DNA of 64,000 nucleotides from positions 21,516,001-21,580,000 of the forward strand of contig OZ249436.1 in assembly GCA_965235115.1 (NCBI GenBank), written 5' to 3'. Positions 23,301 through 38,900 of this stretch are shown here, in pieces; position 1 is the first letter of the stretch, and every line of letters starts with the position of its first letter. The position numbers were made by a program, and so were the translations under genes. This stretch comes from Laetmonice hystrix (Eukaryota). The notes beneath the pieces are model-generated. The model was not told the origin of the DNA. It did not search any database and saw only the letters and a program-made list of their open reading frames with translations.

Positions 23301-26300
23301 GAGTACAGAGGTGTTGCAGGCAAGGAACACCAGGGTGCAGCGCAGCTCTACTGAAGCGGCGGCGGGGGCGGCGACTGCACTGCCATCTTCCGGCTACCGG
23401 TGGAATCACCACGTATACCTGGCCGGGCTGGCGGGCACCTGTGGCTCTTAGGTTAAAGTAATGAGAAGCGAAAAATGGCTACTATTCTGATACGTCAAAT
23501 TGAAACTACGCCCCCCAAAGTTATGATTCTTAGGCCAGATGTATCACTGTCAAACGTATAGTTCTCTTACGTTCGCTACAGATATATGGTTGTGATGTGT
23601 ATGCTTCCCATTTGAGTATCTTTTCCAGATTTTAACATTAAATGCTCCTCGCCAGTACCTTTCATTTCCACTACCTCACTGTAGTGTTTGCATGACTACT
23701 AGGACAGTCGGTAAGATGTACGGACTTCTTACTCTACTGGTTGGCCCCCCACACTGCTTGGCCTCACAGTGTACTGTTTGGCCTCACTGTACTCTTTGGC
23801 CTCACTGTAGTGTTCGCTGGGGTGCTAGGCCAGCCAGTACCTTGTAGCGATTCCTCACTGTACCGTTTGTCCTCCCTGTACCGTTTGCTTGTATACAACA
23901 GTAGCCAGTAATATAGGGACGCCTCATGTTTCATGTTTCCATGCCTTTATTGTCCAGGAGGCAGGCCATACGTTTCGTCTATGATCTACTCCCATCTAAT
24001 CTGTGTCCCCTACAGACTATCTTTAAGCGTGCGACAACGTTGTCAGGTCGTCCCAATGACTGTTTGCCGTAAAGGTTTAGTTAACAATGGCAAATGACGT
24101 TGTACGCCTTTTCTATATCAGATATCCCATCCCCAAGTAAGAAACAAAAAGAAAGAGTACAGAGGTGTTGCAGGCAAGAAAAACCAGGTTGCAGCGCAGC
24201 TCTACTAAAGCGGCGGCGGGGGCGGCGACTGCACTGCCATCTTCCGGCTACCGGTGGAATCACCACGTATACCTGGCCGGGCTGGCGGGCACCTGTGGCT
24301 CTTAGGTTAAAGTAATGAGAAGCGAAAAATGGCTACTATTTTGATACGTCAAATTGAAACTACGCCCCCCAAAGTTATGATTCTTAGGCCAGATGTATCA
24401 CTGTCAAACGTATAGGTCTCGTAGGGCCTACGTTCGCTACAGATATATGGTTGTGATGTGTAGGCCTATGCTTCCCATTTGAGTATCTTCTCCAGATTTT
24501 AACATTAGATGCTCCTCGCCAGTACCTTTCATTTCCACTACCTCACTGTAGTGTTTGCATGACTACTAGGACAGTCGGTAAGATGTACGGACTTCTCACT
24601 CTACTGGTTGGCCCCCCACACTGCTTGGCCTCACAGTGTACTGTTTGGCCTCACTGTACTCTTTGGCCTCACTGTAGTGTTCGCTGGGGTGCTAGGCCAG
24701 CCAGTACCTTGTAGCGATTCCTCACTGTACCGTTTGTCCTCCCTGTACCGTTTGCTTGTATACAACAGTAGCCAGTAATATAGGGACGCCTCATGTTTCA
24801 TGTTTCCATGCCTTTATTGTCCAGGAGGCAGGCCATACGTTTCGTCTATCATCTACTCCCATCTAATCTATGTCCCTTACAGACCATCTGTAAGCGTGCG
24901 ACAACGTTGTCAGGTCGTCCCAATGACTGTTTGCCGTAAAGGTTTAGTTAACAATGGCAAATGACGTTGTACGCCTTTTCTATATCAGATATCCCATCCC
25001 CAAGTAAGAAACATAAAGAAAGAGTACAGAGGTGTTGCAGGCAAGGAACACCAGGGTGCAGCGCAGCTCTACTGAAGCGGCGGCGGGGGCGGCGACTGCA
25101 CTGCCATCTTCCGGCTACCAGTGGAATCACCACGTATACCTGGCCGGGCTGGCGGGCACCTGTGGCTCTTAGGTTAAAGTAATGAGAAGCGAAAAATGGC
25201 TACTATTCTGATACGTCAAATTGAAACTACGCCCCCCAAAGTTATGATTCTTAGGCCAGATGTATCACTGTCAAACGTATAGTTCTCTTACGTTCGCTAC
25301 AGATATATGGTTGTGATGTGTATGCTTCCCATTTGAGTATCTTTTCCAGATTTTAACATTAGATGCTCCTCGCCAGTACCTTTCATTTCCACTACCTCAC
25401 TGTAGTGTTTGCATGACTACTAGGACAGTCGGTAAGATGTACGGACTTCTTACTCTACTGGTTGGCCCCCCACACTGCTTGGCCTCACAGTGTACTGTTT
25501 GGCCTCACTGTACTCTAAGTCTTTGGCCTCACTGTAGTGTTCGCTGGGGTGCTAGGCCAGCCAGTACCTTGTAGCGATTCCTCACTGTACCGTTTGTCCT
25601 CCCTGTACCGTTTGCTTGTATACAACAGTAGCCAATAATATAGGGACGCCTCATGTTTCATGTTTCCATGCCTTTATTGTCCAGGAGGCAGGCCATACGT
25701 TTCGTCTATCATCTACTCCCATCTAATCTATGTCCCTTACAGACCATCTGTAAGCGTGCGACAACGTTGTCAGGTCGTCCCAATGACTGTTTGCCGTAAA
25801 GGTTTAGTTAACAATGGCAAATGACGTTGTACGCCTTTTCTATATCAGATATCCCATCCCCAAGTAAGAAACAAAAAGAAAGAGTACAGAGGTGTTGCAG
25901 GCAAGAAAAACCAGGTTGCAGCGCAGCTCTACTAAAGCGGCGGCGGGGGCGGCGACTGCACTGCCATCTTCCGGCTACCGGTGGAATCACCACGTATACC
26001 TGGCCGGGCTGGCGGGCACCTGTGGCTCTTAGGTTAAAGTAATGAGAAGCGAAAAATGGCTACTATTCTGATACGTCAAATTGAAACTACGCCCCCCAAA
26101 GTTATGATTCTTAGGCCAGATGTATCACTGTCAAACGTATAGTTCTCGTACGTTCGCTACAGATATATGGTTGTGATGTGTATGCTTCCCTTTTGAGTAT
26201 CTTCTCCAGATTTTAAAATTAGATGCTCCTCGCCAGTAGGCTACCTTTCATTTCCACTACCTCACTGTAGTGTTTGCATGACTACTAGGACAGTCGGTAA

Positions 26301-28098
26301 GATGTAGGGACATCCCACTCTACTCGTTGCCCCCCGCCCCCCCCACACTGCTTGGCCTCACAGTGTACTGTTTGGCCTCACTGTACTCTTTGGCCTCACT
26401 GTAGTGTTCGCTGGGGTGCTAGGCCAGCCAGTACCTTGTAGCGATTCCTCACTGTACCGTTTGTCCTCCCTGTACCGTTTGCTTGTATACAACAGTAGCC
26501 AGTAATATAGGGACGCCTCATGTTTCATGTTTCCATGCCTTTATTGTCCAGGAGGCAGGCCATACGTTTCGTCTATCATCTACTCCCATCTAATCTATGT
26601 CCCTTACAGACCATCTGTAAGCGTGCGACAACGTTGTCAGGTCGTCCCAATGACTGTTTGCCGTAAAGGTTTAGTTAACAATGGCAAATGACGTTGTACG
26701 CCTTTTCTATATCAGATATCCCATCCCCAAGTAAGAAACATAAAGAAAGAGTACAGAGGTGTTGCAGGCAAGGAACACCAGGGTGCAGCGCAGCTCTACT
26801 GAAGCGGCGGCGGGGGCGGCGACTGCACTGCCATCTTCCGGCTACCGGTGGAATCACCACGTATACCTGGCCGGGCTGGCGGGCACCTGTGGCTCTTAGG
26901 TTAAAGTAATGAGAAGCGAAAAATGGCTACTATTCTGATACGTCAAATTGAAACTACGCCCCCCAAAGTTATGATTCTTAGGCCAGATGTATCACTGTCA
27001 AACGTATAGTTCTCTTACGTTCGCTACAGATATATGGTTGTGATGTGTATGCTTCCCATTTGAGTATCTTTTCCAGATTTTAACATTAGATGCTCCTCGC
27101 CAGTACCTTTCATTTCCACTACCTCACTGTAGTGTTTGCATGACTACTAGGACAGTCGGTAAGATGTACGGACTTCTTACTCTACTGGTTGGCCCCCCAC
27201 ACTGCTTGGCCTCACAGTGTACTGTTTGGCCTCACTGTACTCTTTGGCCTCACTGTAGTGTTCGCTGGGGTGCTAGGCCAGCCAGTACCTTGTAGCGATT
27301 CCTCACTGTACCGTTTGTCCTCCCTGTACCGTTTGCTTGTATACAACAGTAGCCAGTAATATAGGGACGCCTCATGTTTCATGTTTCCATGCCTTTATTG
27401 TCCAGGAGGCAGGCCATACGTTTCGTCTATGATCTACTCCCATCTAATCTGTGTCCCCTACAGACTATCTTTAAGCGTGCGACAACGTTGTCAGGTCGTC
27501 CCAATGACTGTTTGCCGTAAAGGTTTAGTTAACAATGGCAAATGACGTTGTACGCCTTTTCTATATAAGATATCCCATCCCCAAGTAAGAAACAAAAAGA
27601 AAGAGTACAGAGGTGTTGCAGGCAAGGAACACCAGGGTGCAGCGCAGCTCTACTGAAGCGGCGGCGGGGGCGGCGACTGCACTGCCATCTTCCGGCTACC
27701 GGTGGAATCACCACGTATACCTGGCCGGGCTGGCGGGCACCTGTGGCTCTTAGGTTAAAGTAATGAGAAGCGAAAAATGGCTACTATTCTGATACGTCAA
27801 ATTGAAACTACGCCCCCCAAAGTTATGATTCTTAGGCCAGATGTATCACTGTCAAACGTATAGGTCTCGTACGTTCGCTACAGATATATGGTTGTGATGT
27901 GTATGCTTCCCATTTGAGTATCTTCTCCAGATTTTAACATTAGATGCTCCTCGCCAGTACCTTTCATTTCCACTACCTCACTGTAGTGTTTGCATGACTA
28001 CTAGGACAGTCGGTAAGATGTACGGACCTCTTACTCTACTCGTTGGCCCCCCACACTGCTTGGCCTCACAGTGTACTGTTTGGCCTCACTGTACTCTT

Positions 28099-28264
28099 CA
28101 GGGCTGTCCATCCGTCGCATTGTCGCAAATAATGTGCGACAGGGACCATAAAAATTGCGACATCGGCTTTATCAACGAATGTTTTAACTGTCTGTCGCAA
28201 TCCAGACACTTTGCTCCACCCAGTTAGAATTCTGCTCTGGGATTTTCAACTGTGGCCAGCCTTG
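28099..28264. mobile_element. 166-bp hAT-like MITE, copy 3 (propagated by array duplication)
   Basis: Same sequence, site, TSD and linked SNPs as copies 1 and 2. Confidence 0.9.
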
Positions 28265-31200
28265 CTCTTTGGCCTCACTGTAGTGTTCGCTGGGGTGCTA
28301 GGCCAGCCAGTACCTTGTAGCGATTCCTCACTGTACCGTTTGTCCTCCCTGTACCGTTTGCTTGTATACAACAGTAGCCAGTAATATAGGGACGCCTCAT
28401 GTTTCATGTTTCCATGCCTTTATTGTCCAGGAGGCAGGCCATACGTTTCGTCTATCATCTACTCCCATCTAATCTATGTCCCTTACAGACCATCTGTAAG
28501 CGTGCGACAACGTTGTCAGGTCGTCCCAATGACTGTTTGCCGTAAAGGTTTAGTTAACAATGGCAAATGACGTTGTACGCCTTTTCTATATCAGATATCC
28601 CATCCCCAAGTAAGAAACAAAAAGAAAGAGTACAGAGGTGTTGCAGGCAAGAAAAACCAGGTTGCAGCGCAGCTCTACTAAAGCGGCGGCGGGGGCGGCG
28701 ACTGCACTGCCATCTTCCGGCTACCGGTGGAATCACCACGTATACCTGGCCGGGCTGGCGGGCACCTGTGGCTCTTAGGTTAAAGTAATGAGAAGCGAAA
28801 AATGGCTACTATTCTGATACGTCAAATTAAAACTACGCCCCCCCCCCCCAAAGTTATGATTCTTAGGCCAGATGTATCACTGTCAAACGTATAGTTCTCG
28901 TACGTTCGCTACAGATATATGGTTGTGATGTGTATATGCTTCCCATTTGAGTATCTTCTCCAGATTTTAACATTAGATGCTCCTCGCCAGTAGCCTACCT
29001 TTCATTTCCACTACCTCACTGTAGTGTTTGCATGACTACTAGGACAGTCTGTAAGATGTAGGGACTTCCCACTCTACTCGTTGCCCCCCGCCCCCCACAC
29101 TGCTTGGCCTCACAGTGTACTGTTTGGCCTCACTGTACTCTTTGGCCTCACTGTAGTGTTCGCTGGGGTGCTAGGCCAGCCAGTACCTTGTAGCGATTCC
29201 TCACTGTACCGTTTGTCCTCCCTGTACCGTTTGCTTGTATACAACAGTAGCCAGTAATATAGGGACGCCTCATGTTTCATGTTTCCATGCCTTTATTGTC
29301 CAGGAGGCAGGCCATACGTTTCGTCTATGATCTACTCCCATCTAATCTGTGTCCCCTACAGACTATCTTTAAGCGTGCGACAACGTTGTCAGGTCGTCCC
29401 AATGACTGTTTGCCGTAAAGGTTTAGTTAACAATGGCAAATGACGTTGTACGCCTTTTCTATATCAGATATCCCATCCCCAAGTAAGAAACAAAAAGAAA
29501 GAGTACAGAGGTGTTGCAGGCAAGAAAAACCAGGTTGCAGCGCAGCTCTACTAAAGCGGCGGCGGGGGCGGCGACTGCACTGCCATCTTCCGGCTACCGG
29601 TGGAATCACCACGTATACCTGGCCGGGCTGGCGGGCACCTGTGGCTCTTAGGTTAAAGTAATGAGAAGCGAAAAATGGCTACTATTTTGATACGTCAAAT
29701 TGAAACTACGCCCCCCAAAGTTATGATTCTTAGGCCAGATGTATCACTGTCAAACGTATAGGTCTCGTAGGGCCTACGTTCGCTACAGATATATGGTTGT
29801 GATGTGTAGGCCTATGCTTCCCATTTGAGTATCTTCTCCAGATTTTAACATTAGATGCTCCTCGCCAGTACCTTTCATTTCCACTACCTCACTGTAGTGT
29901 TTGCATGACTACTAGGACAGTCGGTAAGATGTACGGACTTCTCACTCTACTGGTTGGCCCCCACACTGCTTGGCCTCACAGTGTACTGTTTGGCCTCACT
30001 GTACTCTTTGGCCTCACTGTAGTGTTCGCTGGGGTGCTAGGCCAGCCAGTACCTTGTAGCGATTCCTCACTGTACCGTTTGTCCTCCCTGTACCGTTTGC
30101 TTGTATACAACAGTAGCCAGTAATATAGGGACGCCTCATCTTTCATCTTTCCATGCCTTTATTGTCCAGGAGGCAGGCCATACGTTTCGTCTATCATCTA
30201 CTCCCATCTAATCTATGTCCCTTACAGACCATCTGTAAGCGTGCGACAACGTTGTCAGGTCGTCCCAATGACTGTTTGCCGTAAAGGTTTAGTTAACAAT
30301 GGCAAATGACGTTGTACGCCTTTTCTATATCAGATATCCCATCCCCAAGTAAGAAACAAAAAGAAAGAGTACAGAGGTGTTGCAGGCAAGGAACACCAGG
30401 GTGCAGCGCAGCTCTACTGAAGCGGCGGCGGGGGCGGCGACTGCACTGCCATCTTCCGGCTACCGGTGGAATCACCACGTATACCTGGCCGGGCTGGCGG
30501 GCACCTGTGGCTCTTAGGTTACAGTAATGAGAAGCGAAAAATGGCTACTATTTTGATACGTCAAATTGAAACTACGCCCCCCAAAGTTATGATTCTTAGG
30601 CCAGATGTATCACTGTCAAACGTATAGGTCTCGTAGGGCCTACGTTCGCTACAGATATATGGTTGTGATGTGTAGGCCTATGCTTCCCATTTGAGTATCT
30701 TCTCCAGATTTTAACATTAGATGCTCCTCGCCAGTACCTTTCATTTCCACTACCTCACTGTAGTGTTTGCATGACTACTAGGACAGTCGGTAAGATGTAC
30801 GGACTTCTCACTCTACTGGTTGGCCCCCACACTGCTTGGCCTCACAGTGTACTGTTTGGCCTCACTGTACTCTTTGGCCTCACTGTAGTGTTCGCTGGGG
30901 TGCTAGGCCAGCCAGTACCTTGTAGCGATTCCTCACTGTACCGTTTGTCCTCCCTGTACCGTTTGCTTGTATACAACAGTAGCCAGTAATATAGGGACGC
31001 CTCATCTTTCATCTTTCCATGCCTTTATTGTCCAGGAGGCAGGCCATACGTTTCGTCTATCATCTACTCCCATCTAATCTATGTCCCTTACAGACCATCT
31101 GTAAGCGTGCGACAACGTTGTCAGGTCGTCCCAATGACTGTTTGCCGTAAAGGTTTAGTTAACAATGGCAAATGACGTTGTACGCCTTTTCTATATCAGA

Positions 31201-34200
31201 TATCCCATCCCCAAGTAAGAAACAAAAAGAAAGAGTACAGAGGTGTTGCAGGCAAGGAACACCAGGGTGCAGCGCAGCTCTACTGAAGCGGCGGCGGGGG
31301 CGGCGACTGCACTGCCATCTTCCGGCTACCGGTGGAATCACCACGTATACCTGGCCGGGCTGGCGGGCACCTGTGGCTCTTAGGTTACAGTAATGAGAAG
31401 CGAAAAATGGCTACTATTTTGATACGTCAAATTGAAACTACGCCCCCCAAAGTTATGATTCTTAGGCCAGATGTATCACTGTCAAACGTATAGGTCTCGT
31501 ACGTTCGCTACAGATATATGGTTGTGATGTGTAGGCCTATGCTTCCCATTTGAGTATCTTCTCCAGATTTTAACATTAGATGCTCCTCGCCAGTACCTTT
31601 CATTTCCACTACCTCACTGTAGTGTTTGCATGACTACTAGGACAGTCGGTAAGATGTACGGACTTCTCACTCTACTGGTTGGCCCCCCACACTGCTTGGC
31701 CTCACAGTGTACTGTTTGGCCTCACTGTACTCTTTGGCCTCACTGTAGTGTTCGCTGGGGTGCTAGGCCAGCCAGTACCTTGTAGCGATTCCTCACTGTA
31801 CCGTTTGTCCTCCCTGTACCGTTTGCTTGTATACAACAGTAGCCAGTAATATAGGGACGCCTCATGTTTCATGTTTCCATGCCTTTATTGTCCAGGAGGC
31901 AGGCCATACGTTTCGTCTATCATCTACTCCCATCTAATCTATGTCCCTTACAGACCATCTGTAAGCGTGCGACAACGTTGTCAGGTCGTCCCAATGACTG
32001 TTTGCCGTAAAGGTTTAGTTAACAATGGCAAATGACGTTGTACGCCTTTTCTATATCAGATATCCCATCCCCAAGTAAGAAACATAAAGAAAGAGTACAG
32101 AGGTGTTGCAGGCAAGGAACACCAGGGTGCAGCGCAGCTCTACTGAAGCGGCGGCGGGGGCGGCGACTGCACTGCCATCTTCCGGCTACCGGTGGAATCA
32201 CCACGTATACCTGGCCGGGCTGGCGGGCACCTGTGGCTCTTAGGTTAAAGTAATGAGAAGCGAAAAATGGCTACTATTCTGATACGTCAAATTGAAACTA
32301 CGCCCCCCAAAGTTATGATTCTTAGGCCAGATGTATCACTGTCAAACGTATAGTTCTCTTACGTTCGCTACAGATATATGGTTGTGATGTGTATGCTTCC
32401 CATTTGAGTATCTTTTCCAGATTTTAACATTAGATGCTCCTCGCCAGTACCTTTCATTTCCACTACCTCACTGTAGTGTTTGCATGACTACTAGGACAGT
32501 CGGTAAGATGTACGGACTTCTTACTCTACTGGTTGGCCCCCCACACTGCTTGGCCTCACAGTGTACTGTTTGGCCTCACTGTACTCTTTGGCCTCACTGT
32601 AGTGTTCGCTGGGGTGCTAGGCCAGCCAGTACCTTGTAGCGATTCCTCACTGTACCGTTTGTCCTCCCTGTACCGTTTGCTTGTATACAACAGTAGCCAG
32701 TAATATAGGGACGCCTCATGTTTCATGTTTCCATGCCTTTATTGTCCAGGAGGCAGGCCATACGTTTCGTCTATGATCTACTCCCATCTAATCTGTGTCC
32801 CCTACAGACTATCTTTAAGCGTGCGACAACGTTGTCAGGTCGTCCCAATGACTGTTTGCCGTAAAGGTTTAGTTAACAATGGCAAATGACGTTGTACGCC
32901 TTTTCTATATCAGATATCCCATCCCCAAGTAAGAAACAAAAAGAAAGAGTACAGAGGTGTTGCAGGCAAGAAAAACCAGGTTGCAGCGCAGCTCTACTAA
33001 AGCGGCGGCGGGGGCGGCGACTGCACTGCCATCTTCCGGCTACCGGTGGAATCACCACGTATACCTGGCCGGGCTGGCGGGCACCTGTGGCTCTTAGGTT
33101 AAAGTAATGAGAAGCGAAAAATGGCTACTATTTTGATACGTCAAATTGAAACTACGCCCCCCAAAGTTATGATTCTTAGGCCAGATGTATCACTGTCAAA
33201 CGTATAGGTCTCGTAGGGCCTACGTTCGCTACAGATATATGGTTGTGATGTGTAGGCCTATGCTTCCCATTTGAGTATCTTCTCCAGATTTTAACATTAG
33301 ATGCTCCTCGCCAGTACCTTTCATTTCCACTACCTCACTGTAGTGTTTGCATGACTACTAGGACAGTCGGTAAGATGTACGGACTTCTCACTCTACTGGT
33401 TGGCCCCCCACACTGCTTGGCCTCACAGTGTACTGTTTGGCCTCACTGTACTCTTTGGCCTCACTGTAGTGTTCGCTGGGGTGCTAGGCCAGCCAGTACC
33501 TTGTAGCGATTCCTCACTGTACCGTTTGTCCTCCCTGTACCGTTTGCTTGTATACAACAGTAGCCAGTAATATAGGGACGCCTCATGTTTCATGTTTCCA
33601 TGCCTTTATTGTCCAGGAGGCAGGCCATACGTTTCGTCTATCATCTACTCCCATCTAATCTATGTCCCTTACAGACCATCTGTAAGCGTGCGACAACGTT
33701 GTCAGGTCGTCCCAATGACTGTTTGCCGTAAAGGTTTAGTTAACAATGGCAAATGACGTTGTACGCCTTTTCTATATCAGATATCCCATCCCCAAGTAAG
33801 AAACATAAAGAAAGAGTACAGAGGTGTTGCAGGCAAGGAACACCAGGGTGCAGCGCAGCTCTACTGAAGCGGCGGCGGGGGCGGCGACTGCACTGCCATC
33901 TTCCGGCTACCGGTGGAATCACCACGTATACCTGGCCGGGCTGGCGGGCACCTGTGGCTCTTAGGTTAAAGTAATGAGAAGCGAAAAATGGCTACTATTC
34001 TGATACGTCAAATTGAAACTACGCCCCCCAAAGTTATGATTCTTAGGCCAGATGTATCACTGTCAAACGTATAGTTCTCTTACGTTCGCTACAGATATAT
34101 GGTTGTGATGTGTATGCTTCCCATTTGAGTATCTTTTCCAGATTTTAACATTAGATGCTCCTCGCCAGTACCTTTCATTTCCACTACCTCACTGTAGTGT

Positions 34201-35989
34201 TTGCATGACTACTAGGACAGTCGGTAAGATGTACGGACTTCTTACTCTACTGGTTGGCCCCCCACACTGCTTGGCCTCACAGTGTACTGTTTGGCCTCAC
34301 TGTACTCTAAGTCTTTGGCCTCACTGTAGTGTTCGCTGGGGTGCTAGGCCAGCCAGTACCTTGTAGCGATTCCTCACTGTACCGTTTGTCCTCCCTGTAC
34401 CGTTTGCTTGTATACAACAGTAGCCAATAATATAGGGACGCCTCATGTTTCATGTTTCCATGCCTTTATTGTCCAGGAGGCAGGCCATACGTTTCGTCTA
34501 TCATCTACTCCCATCTAATCTATGTCCCTTACAGACCATCTGTAAGCGTGCGACAACGTTGTCAGGTCGTCCCAATGACTGTTTGCCGTAAAGGTTTAGT
34601 TAACAATGGCAAATGACGTTGTACGCCTTTTCTATATCAGATATCCCATCCCCAAGTAAGAAACAAAAAGAAAGAGTACAGAGGTGTTGCAGGCAAGAAA
34701 AACCAGGTTGCAGCGCAGCTCTACTAAAGCGGCGGCGGGGGCGGCGACTGCACTGCCATCTTCCGGCTACCGGTGGAATCACCACGTATACCTGGCCGGG
34801 CTGGCGGGCACCTGTGGCTCTTAGGTTAAAGTAATGAGAAGCGAAAAATGGCTACTATTCTGATACGTCAAATTGAAACTACGCCCCCCAAAGTTATGAT
34901 TCTTAGGCCAGATGTATCACTGTCAAACGTATAGTTCTCGTACGTTCGCTACAGATATATGGTTGTGATGTGTATGCTTCCCTTTTGAGTATCTTCTCCA
35001 GATTTTAAAATTAGATGCTCCTCGCCAGTAGGCTACCTTTCATTTCCACTACCTCACTGTAGTGTTTGCATGACTACTAGGACAGTCGGTAAGATGTAGG
35101 GACATCCCACTCTACTCGTTGCCCCCCGCCCCCCCACACTGCTTGGCCTCACAGTGTACTGTTTGGCCTCACTGTACTCTTTGGCCTCACTGTAGTGTTC
35201 GCTGGGGTGCTAGGCCAGCCAGTACCTTGTAGCGATTCCTCACTGTACCGTTTGTCCTCCCTGTACCGTTTGCTTGTATACAACAGTAGCCAGTAATATA
35301 GGGACGCCTCATGTTTCATGTTTCCATGCCTTTATTGTCCAGGAGGCAGGCCATACGTTTCGTCTATCATCTACTCCCATCTAATCTATGTCCCTTACAG
35401 ACCATCTGTAAGCGTGCGACAACGTTGTCAGGTCGTCCCAATGACTGTTTGCCGTAAAGGTTTAGTTAACAATGGCAAATGACGTTGTACGCCTTTTCTA
35501 TATCAGATATCCCATCCCCAAGTAAGAAACATAAAGAAAGAGTACAGAGGTGTTGCAGGCAAGGAACACCAGGGTGCAGCGCAGCTCTACTGAAGCGGCG
35601 GCGGGGGCGGCGACTGCACTGCCATCTTCCGGCTACCGGTGGAATCACCACGTATACCTGGCCGGGCTGGCGGGCACCTGTGGCTCTTAGGTTAAAGTAA
35701 TGAGAAGCGAAAAATGGCTACTATTCTGATACGTCAAATTGAAACTACGCCCCCCAAAGTTATGATTCTTAGGCCAGATGTATCACTGTCAAACGTATAG
35801 TTCTCTTACGTTCGCTACAGATATATGGTTGTGATGTGTATGCTTCCCATTTGAGTATCTTTTCCAGATTTTAACATTAGATGCTCCTCGCCAGTACCTT
35901 TCATTTCCACTACCTCACTGTAGTGTTTGCATGACTACTAGGACAGTCGGTAAGATGTACGGACTTCTTACTCTACTGGTTGGCCCCCC

Positions 35990-38900
35990 ACACTGCTTGG
36001 CCTCACAGTGTACTGTTTGGCCTCACTGTACTCTTTGGCCTCACTGTAGTGTTCGCTGGGGTGCTAGGCCAGCCAGTACCTTGTAGCGATTCCTCACTGT
36101 ACCGTTTGTCCTCCCTGTACCGTTTGCTTGTATACAACAGTAGCCAGTAATATAGGGACGCCTCATGTTTCATGTTTCCATGCCTTTATTGTCCAGGAGG
36201 CAGGCCATACGTTTCGTCTATGATCTACTCCCATCTAATCTGTGTCCCCTACAGACTATCTTTAAGCGTGCGACAACGTTGTCAGGTCGTCCCAATGACT
36301 GTTTGCCGTAAAGGTTTAGTTAACAATGGCAAATGACGTTGTACGCCTTTTCTATATCAGATATCCCATCCCCAAGTAAGAAACAAAAAGAAAGAGTACA
36401 GAGGTGTTGCAGGCAAGAAAAACCAGGTTGCAGCGCAGCTCTACTAAAGCGGCGGCGGGGGCGGCGACTGCACTGCCATCTTCCGGCTACCGGTGGAATC
36501 ACCACGTATACCTGGCCGGGCTGGCGGGCACCTGTGGCTCTTAGGTTACAGTAATGAGAAGCGAAAAATGGCTACTATTTTGATACGTCAAATTGAAACT
36601 ACGCCCCCCAAAGTTATGATTCTTAGGCCAGATGTATCACTGTCAAACGTATAGGTCTCGTAGGGCCTACGTTCGCTACAGATATATGGTTGTGATGTGT
36701 AGGCCTATGCTTCCCATTTGAGTATCTTCTCCAGATTTTAACATTAGATGCTCCTCGCCAGTACCTTTCATTTCCACTACCTCACTGTAGTGTTTGCATG
36801 ACTACTAGGACAGTCGGTAAGATGTACGGACTTCTCACTCTACTGGTTGGCCCCCCACACTGCTTGGCCTCACAGTGTACTGTTTGGCCTCACTGTACTC
36901 TTTGGCCTCACTGTAGTGTTCGCTGGGGTGCTAGGCCAGCCAGTACCTTGTAGCGATTCCTCACTGTACCGTTTGTCCTCCCTGTACCGTTTGCTTGTAT
37001 ACAACAGTAGCCAGTAATATAGGGACGCCTCATGTTTCATGTTTCCATGCCTTTATTGTCCAGGAGGCAGGCCATACGTTTCGTCTATCATCTACTCCCA
37101 TCTAATCTATGTCCCTTACAGACCATCTGTAAGCGTGCGACAACGTTGTCAGGTCGTCCCAATGACTGTTTGCCGTAAAGGTTTAGTTAACAATGGCAAA
37201 TGACGTTGTACGCCTTTTCTATATCAGATATCCCATCCCCAAGTAAGAAACATAAAGAAAGAGTACAGAGGTGTTGCAGGCAAGGAACACCAGGGTGCAG
37301 CGCAGCTCTACTGAAGCGGCGGCGGGGGCGGCGACTGCACTGCCATCTTCCGGCTACCAGTGGAATCACCACGTATACCTGGCCGGGCTGGCGGGCACCT
37401 GTGGCTCTTAGGTTAAAGTAATGAGAAGCGAAAAATGGCTACTATTCTGATACGTCAAATTGAAACTACGCCCCCCAAAGTTATGATTCTTAGGCCAGAT
37501 GTATCACTGTCAAACGTATAGTTCTCTTACGTTCGCTACAGATATATGGTTGTGATGTGTATGCTTCCCATTTGAGTATCTTTTCCAGATTTTAACATTA
37601 GATGCTCCTCGCCAGTACCTTTCATTTCCACTACCTCACTGTAGTGTTTGCATGACTACTAGGACAGTCGGTAAGATGTACGGACTTCTTACTCTACTGG
37701 TTGGCCCCCCACACTGCTTGGCCTCACAGTGTACTGTTTGGCCTCACTGTACTCTAAGTCTTTGGCCTCACTGTAGTGTTCGCTGGGGTGCTAGGCCAGC
37801 CAGTACCTTGTAGCGATTCCTCACTGTACCGTTTGTCCTCCCTGTACCGTTTGCTTGTATACAACAGTAGCCAATAATATAGGGACGCCTCATGTTTCAT
37901 GTTTCCATGCCTTTATTGTCCAGGAGGCAGGCCATACGTTTCGTCTATCATCTACTCCCATCTAATCTATGTCCCTTACAGACCATCTGTAAGCGTGCGA
38001 CAACGTTGTCAGGTCGTCCCAATGACTGTTTGCCGTAAAGGTTTAGTTAACAATGGCAAATGACGTTGTACGCCTTTTCTATATCAGATATCCCATCCCC
38101 AAGTAAGAAACAAAAAGAAAGAGTACAGAGGTGTTGCAGGCAAGAAAAACCAGGTTGCAGCGCAGCTCTACTAAAGCGGCGGCGGGGGCGGCGACTGCAC
38201 TGCCATCTTCCGGCTACCGGTGGAATCACCACGTATACCTGGCCGGGCTGGCGGGCACCTGTGGCTCTTAGGTTAAAGTAATGAGAAGCGAAAAATGGCT
38301 ACTATTCTGATACGTCAAATTAAAACTACGCCCCCCCCCCCAAAGTTATGATTCTTAGGCCAGATGTATCACTGTCAAACGTATAGTTCTCGTACGTTCG
38401 CTACAGATATATGGTTGTGATGTGTATGCTTCCCTTTTGAGTATCTTCTCCAGATTTTAAAATTAGATGCTCCTCGCCAGTAGGCTACCTTTCATTTCCA
38501 CTACCTCACTGTAGTGTTTGCATGACTACTAGGACAGTCGGTAAGATGTAGGGACATCCCACTCTACTCGTTGCCCCCCGCCCCCCCACACTGCTTGGCC
38601 TCACAGTGTACTGTTTGGCCTCACTGTACTCTTTGGCCTCACTGTAGTGTTCGCTGGGGTGCTAGGCCAGCCAGTACCTTGTAGCGATTCCTCACTGTAC
38701 CGTTTGTCCTCCCTGTACCGTTTGCTTGTATACAACAGTAGCCAGTAATATAGGGACGCCTCATGTTTCATGTTTCCATGCCTTTATTGTCCAGGAGGCA
38801 GGCCATACGTTTCGTCTATCATCTACTCCCATCTAATCTATGTCCCTTACAGACCATCTGTAAGCGTGCGACAACGTTGTCAGGTCGTCCCAATGACTGT

